Source: an archaeon
Lineage (GTDB): Archaea > Methanobacteriota_B > Thermococci > Methanofastidiosales > NM3
Length of the DNA stretch: 64,000 nucleotides
NCBI GenBank assembly: GCA_004212155.1
Contig: RXIG01000019.1
Coordinates: 40,892-104,891 of the forward strand
Direction of reading: 5' to 3'
The notes beneath the pieces were generated by a model. The model had not been told where the DNA came from and ran no database searches. It was given only the letters and a program-made list of their open reading frames with translations. Position 1 is the stretch's first letter; the number at the start of each line of letters is the position of its first letter. This document shows, piece by piece, positions 58,278-64,000 of the stretch. Made by a program: the position numbers and the translations under genes.

Positions 58278-58745
58278 TCATTCGTCGTAACGCATCATCT
58301 GTGAACCGCACTCCGGGCATGTCATGCTCATACAGGGCACCCCGCGTTTGTGTGCTACGATTTTGCCACAGTCCAGACAAATGCAACGTAGCGGCTCACC
58401 CTTCGTGCCGCGGAGTGCGGGTCCGGGGCGCGCTGAGCCCTGCAGGACCTCCTCAGGGAGCCGGTAGGTGCCGCCTTCGATCTTGATTGCCTTGCCTGTG
58501 ACCAGGGCTTCAGAAACCTTCTGGCGAGCTCCGGAAAGGATGCGCTGGAACGTGGACTGGTGTATGCCCATGCGCGACGCACCCTCGTTTTGTGTAAGGC
58601 CACAGTGGTCACTGAGTCGAAGGCTCTCATACTCATCGATACTCAGGACGACCTCGTCCAGGTGGATGAGGGGGACGCCCTTGGGCTTGAAGTAGACCAC
58701 GTGCGGTGTCTGTTCAACGATGCGTTCCTTTTGAGGACGTGACAT
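58278..58745 (-). CDS. DUF134 (UPF0251) HTH regulator fused to a C-terminal Cys-rich Zn-ribbon
   Basis: MSRP...FKPKG, EYESLRL, MGIHQSTFQRIL..ARQKV..AL..GKAI.IEGG; tail CICLDCG...PC...CPECG; start MSRPQK. Confidence 0.88.
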   Translation of the reverse strand: MSRPQKERIVEQTPHVVYFKPKGVPLIHLDEVVLSIDEYESLRLSDHCGLTQNEGASRMGIHQSTFQRILSGARQKVSEALVTGKAIKIEGGTYRLPEEVLQGSARPGPALRGTKGEPLRCICLDCGKIVAHKRGVPCMSMTCPECGSQMMRYDE

Positions 58746-58747
58746 TG

Positions 58748-58778
58748 TGCATAATAATGCAAAAAGCCTATTTAAATC
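58748..58778 (-). promoter_or_regulatory. TATA box plus palindromic operator candidate for the DUF134 operon
   Basis: Minus-strand ATTTAAATA about 25 nt above the ATG; TGCAT-N4-ATGCA at 58748-58761. Confidence 0.45.
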
Positions 58779-59065
58779 TATCGTATCGTCGTTACGGTGG
58801 ACAAGGGGGCACACGAGGGCATCAATACAGTGAAAAATGAAATAAAGTACATCTTTGTACATTAAATATTTATAATAAAAAAATGTTAGTAATTAATAAT
58901 AAATAAATCTAATAGTTTTCAAAAAGCTAAAATAAATAAAGAATTTACAAAACGATACCTTTATAATGAAAAAATATATAAATCTTAATAAAATTATCAA
59001 CCGCTAACAACCGATGTGTTAGCTTTGATGGAACTAAAAAGGTACAATGGCATTACGTGATAAGA

Positions 59066-60127
59066 ATGTGCGGTATAATTGGCATGCTCAACAAGGACGG
59101 CAAGCGTATAGACGGTTCACTGATCGCCGAAGGTCTCTCGCTCATGGACGAACGTGGCAATGGGCAGGGCGCAGGATATGCGGCTTACGGCATCTACCCC
59201 GACTTCAAGGAATACTACGCACTGCACGTCTTCCTTGATAATCTCAAGGAGGCAAAGGTGGATGTGGAGCAAGAGATCGAGCGATGGGGCTACATCGTAT
59301 ATTCCGAAGAGATACCAACGTCCGAGAAGGGTACGATCGAGGGTGAGAAGATACCCTACCGATACTTCTTCAAGCCCGACCCCCGTAAACTCCTGGGACG
59401 CGAATACAACGAGCAGGACGCAATCGTGGAGATGGTCATGCGCATAAACGCGAAGCGAAGCGGTGCGCTCGTCTTCTCATCAGGCAAGAATATGGGCATC
59501 TTCAAGGCCTCGGCCTGGCCAGAGGATGTCGCACGGTTCTACAAGATAAAGAAGTACAAGGGATACATGTGGCTTGGTCACAACAGGTATCCCACCAACA
59601 CTCCCGGGTGGTGGGGGGGTGCTCACCCCTTCGGCCTGCTTGATTGGAGTGTTGTCCACAACGGCGAGATCACGTCGTATGGCACGAACAAACGCTACGT
59701 TGAAAGCTTTGGGTACAACTGCACGATGCTGACCGATACCGAGGTGGTGACCTACCTCTTTGACCATCTCATACGAAAACACCAGCTTCCGCTGGGACTG
59801 ACGGGAAATGCGCTTGCGCCCAAGTTCTGGAACGAGATAGATGCCCTGGACCCCAACGTCAGGGACGTCCAGACCGCACTCAGGCTTACCTATTCAGCCG
59901 CTGCCATGAACGGCCCATTTGCTATCGTCGTGGCAAATACCAACGGCTTCATCGCACTTACAGACAGGATAAAACTGAGGCCTCTTGTCGTTGGTAGCAA
60001 GGACAAGACGGTCTATGTATCAAGCGAAGAAGCGGCGATCCGAGCCATGGAACCATCGCTTGACAGGATATACAATCCGCTCGCGGGCGAGCCGGTGGTA
60101 CATCAGCTGGAGGGGCACGCCCAATGA
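59066..60127 (+). CDS. Glutamate synthase, glutamine amidotransferase subunit (GltB1, Ntn type)
   Basis: N-terminal MCGIIG, ERGNG, HNRYPTN, HPF, HNGEI, TDTEV. Confidence 0.92.
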   Translation: MCGIIGMLNKDGKRIDGSLIAEGLSLMDERGNGQGAGYAAYGIYPDFKEYYALHVFLDNLKEAKVDVEQEIERWGYIVYSEEIPTSEKGTIEGEKIPYRYFFKPDPRKLLGREYNEQDAIVEMVMRINAKRSGALVFSSGKNMGIFKASAWPEDVARFYKIKKYKGYMWLGHNRYPTNTPGWWGGAHPFGLLDWSVVHNGEITSYGTNKRYVESFGYNCTMLTDTEVVTYLFDHLIRKHQLPLGLTGNALAPKFWNEIDALDPNVRDVQTALRLTYSAAAMNGPFAIVVANTNGFIALTDRIKLRPLVVGSKDKTVYVSSEEAAIRAMEPSLDRIYNPLAGEPVVHQLEGHAQ

Positions 60128-61632
60128 ACTCCAACTTCATACCCACCAAGTACGATGTGTATGTCGATCCCCAGCGATGCAGATTGTGCGAACGGTGCGT
60201 GGAGAACTGCTCATATGGTGTCTTCAGAAGGGATCGGGACCGCATACTCACATTTCCTAGCAACTGCGCGGTGTGCCATCGCTGCATCTCGTTTTGCCCC
60301 GCTGACGCCATCACGATCTCGCGTAGGGTCGTCCAGTATCGGCAACACCCCCTCTGGGACGAGGAAGCACGCGAGGACATATACAACCAGGCCCGCACGG
60401 GAAAGGTCATCCTGGGCGGCATGGGCAACGCAAAGTACTACCCCAACATATTCGACAGGCTCGTGCTTGACGCATGCCAGATCACAAGCCCGAGCATAGA
60501 CCCACTGCGTGAACCGATGGAGACGCGCGTCTACCTTGGAAAGAAGCCAAAGCAGCTCAAGGTAAGCGGCGAGGGAAACGACGTTTGCCTCAAGACGCAG
60601 TTGACGCCCAACCTCATGCTCGAGACACCCATCATGGTCGCCCACATGAGCTACGGTGCCGTCAGCCTCAACACACAATTGAGCTTTGCAAGGGCAGTGC
60701 GAGAACTGGGCACTTACATGGGATCGGGCGAGGGCGGCCTTCACAAGGCCCTATACCCTTACAAGGACAACATCATCGTGCAGGTGGCATCAGGCAGGTT
60801 CGGTGTGAAACCCTCATACCTCAACCGTGCCGCCGCCATCGAGATCAAGGCGGGACAAGGTGCCAAGCCCGGTATCGGGGGACACTTGCCCGGAGAGAAG
60901 GTAAACGCAGACATATCAAAGACGCGTATGATGCCTGAGGGTACCGACGCCATCAGCCCGGCACCGCACCATGACATCTACAGCATCGAGGACCTTGCAC
61001 AGCTCGTCCGGGCACTCAAGGAAGCCACGAACTGGGAAAAACCGGTCTTTGTCAAGATCGCCGCCGTACATAACGCGGCCGCGGTCGCAGCGGGTATTGC
61101 GCGTGCGGATGCCGATGCAGTGGTCGTTGACGGATTCAGGGGCGGTACGGGTGCCGCCCCAAAGGTCCTGAGGGACAATGTGGGCATTCCCATCGAGGCG
61201 GCCATCGCAAGCATCGATGAGAAACTCAGAAAGCAGGGCATACGCAACGAGATATCGATCATCGCAAGCGGAGGCATGCGCAACAGCTCAGACCTCACCA
61301 AGGCCATTGCGCTCGGGGCAGATGCAGTCTACGTGGGCACCGCCGCGCTTGTGGCGATGGGATGCCGTGTTTGCGGCAAGTGCTACACGGGACTGTGCCC
61401 ATGGGGCATCGCCACACAGCGTGAGGACCTCGTCTCGCGGCTCGATCCCGAACGTGGTGCGTTACAGGTGCAAAATCTCCTTACAGCCTGGACACACGAG
61501 CTCAAGGAGCTCATGGGGGCTGCAGGCATCAACAGCATAGAGAGCCTCCGGGGCAACAGGGACAGGCTGCGTGGTTACCTTCTCGATGAAAATATACTCG
61601 ACGTTCTCGATGTCAAGACGGTAGGTGCGTGA
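60124..61632 (+). CDS. Glutamate synthase FMN-binding subunit (GltB2) with N-terminal ferredoxin
   Basis: MSYGA, GEGG, QVASGRFG, GQGAKPGIGGHLPG, HHDIYSIEDL, CRVCGKCYTGLCP. Confidence 0.93.
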   Translation: MNSNFIPTKYDVYVDPQRCRLCERCVENCSYGVFRRDRDRILTFPSNCAVCHRCISFCPADAITISRRVVQYRQHPLWDEEAREDIYNQARTGKVILGGMGNAKYYPNIFDRLVLDACQITSPSIDPLREPMETRVYLGKKPKQLKVSGEGNDVCLKTQLTPNLMLETPIMVAHMSYGAVSLNTQLSFARAVRELGTYMGSGEGGLHKALYPYKDNIIVQVASGRFGVKPSYLNRAAAIEIKAGQGAKPGIGGHLPGEKVNADISKTRMMPEGTDAISPAPHHDIYSIEDLAQLVRALKEATNWEKPVFVKIAAVHNAAAVAAGIARADADAVVVDGFRGGTGAAPKVLRDNVGIPIEAAIASIDEKLRKQGIRNEISIIASGGMRNSSDLTKAIALGADAVYVGTAALVAMGCRVCGKCYTGLCPWGIATQREDLVSRLDPERGALQVQNLLTAWTHELKELMGAAGINSIESLRGNRDRLRGYLLDENILDVLDVKTVGA

Positions 61633-62398
61633 TATTGTGATAGAAAAGATGGAACACAAGGATGCAAAGCAAATCGATGCCAAGGGCAAGGACTACAGGA
61701 CGCTCAACAAGGAAATACGAGAAAGCGTCAACGATGGGATCAACTACATCACCGTCAAGAACGTGCTAGGGCACCGATTCATCGCCGACGGCATCAAGAA
61801 CCGTACGCTACGCATATCGATATTCGGTGTCGCAGGGGGCGACCTTGGAGCGTTCATGGACGGCCCCACCATCTATGTGAGGGGCAACGCCGAACATGCG
61901 CCCGGCAACACGATGAGCAGCGGCACGATCATTGTAGATGGCGATGCCGGCGACTGCGTGGGACACAGCATGCGGGGCGGAAAGATCTTTGTCAAGGGAA
62001 GTGTAGGCTACCGTGTGGGCATACATATGAAACAGTTCCAGGAGCGGTTTCCCACCATTGTCATCGGTGGCAGCGCCTATTCATTCCTCGGTGAGTACAT
62101 GGCGGGCGGCATCATTGTCGTGCTTGGCCAAAACTGTACAAAACCGGTGGGTTCATACGTGGGCACAGGCATACACGGAGGGACCATCTACGTGGCAGGC
62201 GTGGTCGATGACAACGACCTGGGGGTGGCGGCATCGAAAAAGGAGTTCACCGACGAAGATCGAGACATCGTCTCAGCGTTGATCGATGAGTACAATCACC
62301 ACTTTGAAAGCAGTATTTCCATCGATGAGCTCACGTTCACAAAGATACAGCCAAGCAGTAAACGACCATTTTCCAATCTTTACACGACGGAGGGATGA
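61625..62398 (+). CDS. Glutamate synthase GXGXG-domain subunit (GltB3)
   Basis: Repeated GxxMxGG beta-helix, GEYMAGG; start may be 61637 or 61649. Confidence 0.9.
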   Translation: MRDIVIEKMEHKDAKQIDAKGKDYRTLNKEIRESVNDGINYITVKNVLGHRFIADGIKNRTLRISIFGVAGGDLGAFMDGPTIYVRGNAEHAPGNTMSSGTIIVDGDAGDCVGHSMRGGKIFVKGSVGYRVGIHMKQFQERFPTIVIGGSAYSFLGEYMAGGIIVVLGQNCTKPVGSYVGTGIHGGTIYVAGVVDDNDLGVAASKKEFTDEDRDIVSALIDEYNHHFESSISIDELTFTKIQPSSKRPFSNLYTTEG

Positions 62399-63399
62399 AC
62401 ATGGAGGCCCATAACTACACATCACTCAAGGAGCAGGTATGGAACACGCTCCTGTGCTCGGGATGCAGCCTGTGTGCAACGGTCTGCCCCATGAAGACTA
62501 TATACTTTTCAGACGAGATGCCAGTTTCATACAATCTCTGCAAGAACGAAAAAGACAACGTGCCATGCGGGGCCTGCTACTCCTCTTGCCCGCGTATCGA
62601 CACCTACAAGGACAAGTACGGGCTTGGACCAGTACTCAACGCCTATACGGCCCGATCCACGATACCCATAGAGAAACAGCAAAGTGGCGGGGCCGTTACG
62701 GCCATCCTCTACAATGCCCTCGAGCGCAAGCTCATCGACAGGGTCGTTACCGTGGGACAGGACCACACGACCATGCAGACGTACTCGATCGCCCTCTCTA
62801 CACCGCAAGAGATGATCACGCATGCAGGAAGCAAGTATATCTGGTACACCCCATCGCTGCTTGCACTTCGCGACCTCATCGAGGCAGGCATAACGAGAAA
62901 GATCGCCATCATCGGGACACCATGCGTCATGCAGGCATTGCGCAAGATGATGGAAAGCGACAACGCCGTGCTCAACAGGTTCAAGGACCATGTAGCATTG
63001 CTCATTGGCGTCTTCTGTACTGAGATATTCAGCTACGACCGGGCGATGCAGCTTTTCAAGGATGCATCGGTCCATCCTGCCGACGTCAAGCGCATCGACA
63101 TCAAAAAGGACATGCTGCTTGAGCTCTACAATGGCGATACGGTCACCATTCCACTTCCGCGGGACCTGATGCGCAGGGGGTGTGCCCACTGCCTTGACTT
63201 CACGGCGGTGGATTCGGACATATCCGCCGGGTCCATCGGGAGCTACGAGGGATTTACCACGCTTATCACCAGAAACAGGACAGGAGAATACTATCTCAAC
63301 AGCGCGATAGAGAACGGATACCTCGAAACAAGTACACTCGAAACGCTCGACAAGGTCGAGACGTTCGCGCAGAGAAAGTACAAGAGGAACAAGAAGTGA
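62395..63399 (+). CDS. Coenzyme F420 hydrogenase/dehydrogenase beta-subunit (FrhB/FdhB) family protein with ferredoxin
   Basis: CSGCSLCATVCP, QSGGAVTAIL, AGSKY, GTPC, GVFCTE, CAHCLDF, DISAGSIG. Confidence 0.9.
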   Translation: MNMEAHNYTSLKEQVWNTLLCSGCSLCATVCPMKTIYFSDEMPVSYNLCKNEKDNVPCGACYSSCPRIDTYKDKYGLGPVLNAYTARSTIPIEKQQSGGAVTAILYNALERKLIDRVVTVGQDHTTMQTYSIALSTPQEMITHAGSKYIWYTPSLLALRDLIEAGITRKIAIIGTPCVMQALRKMMESDNAVLNRFKDHVALLIGVFCTEIFSYDRAMQLFKDASVHPADVKRIDIKKDMLLELYNGDTVTIPLPRDLMRRGCAHCLDFTAVDSDISAGSIGSYEGFTTLITRNRTGEYYLNSAIENGYLETSTLETLDKVETFAQRKYKRNKK

Positions 63400-63402
63400 A
63401 TG

Positions 63403-63727
63403 GGTGTGGGTCCCCTATAGTCTATCTTCTGTAGATTGCCGATGCGAGAGCGCATCGGCCCACGCGGTATTAAGCTACGCGACCTACCACAGGCCTCTGA
63501 CTGACATTCATCGGCCTTCGTTTGGTCTTGCACGCCAAGGGAGGACCTGTCCCACCGCTGCTCCCCACGACCTCGGGAGCTCATACTCCGTCATAGCATA
63601 TGAGGGAAGGCGTATCATTTCTTTGTCCTGCCTGCAGGTTTCCCCGCAACACGATGTGCCTTGGTGTCAGTCACGTGGATAGAACTTCCTCACCATGAAA
63701 TGGCGAAACCACGAGAAGACCCACACT
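63403..63727 (-). ncRNA. rnpB: RNase P RNA (archaeal type A)
   Basis: P1 AGTGTGGGTC/GACCCACACC; CR-I GAGGAAGTTCTATC pairs with CR-V ACAGAAGATAGACT (P4); P6 TGACTGAC/GTCAGTCA; P7 CCAAGG/CCTTGG; TGCAAG; P19 hairpin; TATA at about 63745-63755. Confidence 0.9.
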
Positions 63728-63856
63728 GTTCACTCTTGAGATTGATTATATAAATATTATGAATGGTTGACTCAGATAGGATAATGATATACTGTATCAC
63801 TTCCCATAGAATCAATAAACGGTTAAATCACTGAAGCACACAGTAATGATAAGATC

Positions 63857-63862
63857 AAAAAA
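63857..63862 (-). terminator. T6 run, putative end of the rRNA operon transcript
   Basis: TTTTTT on the minus strand about 60 nt after the 23S 3' end. Confidence 0.35.
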
Positions 63863-63921
63863 GTGTGGAAGAGCAACCGTGCATACGCATATCTTACGCC
63901 CGACCCCGGATTCTTTCGGAA

Positions 63922-64000
63922 CCCCATGCCTTAGACGATTAGTACTGGCGGGCTGAGCATCTCGCCGAAGCTTGATGCGTACACCCCCAGCCTATCGACC
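63922..64000 (-). rRNA. rrl: 23S rRNA, 3' end (partial; exact 3' boundary approximate)
   Basis: Minus strand GGTCGATAGGCTGGGGGTGTACGC...CAGCCCGCCAGTACTAATCG matches the conserved archaeal 23S 3'-terminal helices. Confidence 0.92.

Noticed and set aside
63404-63682. 92-aa and 97-aa ORFs after the frhB-like gene
   Set aside because: The region is the RNase P RNA gene

Overview
Ordinary-GC (about 55%) archaeal chromosome segment. Archaeal markers: Alba, archaeal AspRS, uL16/L10e, ATP-dependent DNA ligase, BRE/TATA promoters, type A RNase P RNA, and the 3' end of an archaeal 23S rRNA. Ehb-type hydrogenase, LipS1/LipS2 lipoyl synthases, a split glutamate synthase with an FrhB-like subunit and an rRNA operon without a linked 5S gene suggest an anaerobic euryarchaeon, possibly Methanofastidiosia/Theionarchaea-like (inference only). 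About 60 CDS are present: ehbA-G, housekeeping genes, peptidases, proBA, a non-canonical CooS next to a DUF134/NifX/DUF169/DUF89/MinD-ferredoxin operon, and gltB1-3 plus frhB-like. I saw no CRISPR array, tRNA or intact transposase. The best leads are (i) several unexplained, highly base-paired intergenic RNA candidates (26.8-26.9 kb with repeated CAAGC loops, 45.4-45.7 kb, 3.2-3.4 kb, argF leader), (ii) the CooS-V-like protein with its adjacent putative metal-cluster maturation operon, (iii) a coiled-coil plus bactofilin-like pair, and (iv) a degenerate AbrB-PIN pair. All family calls come from motif recognition by eye; no database searches were run.
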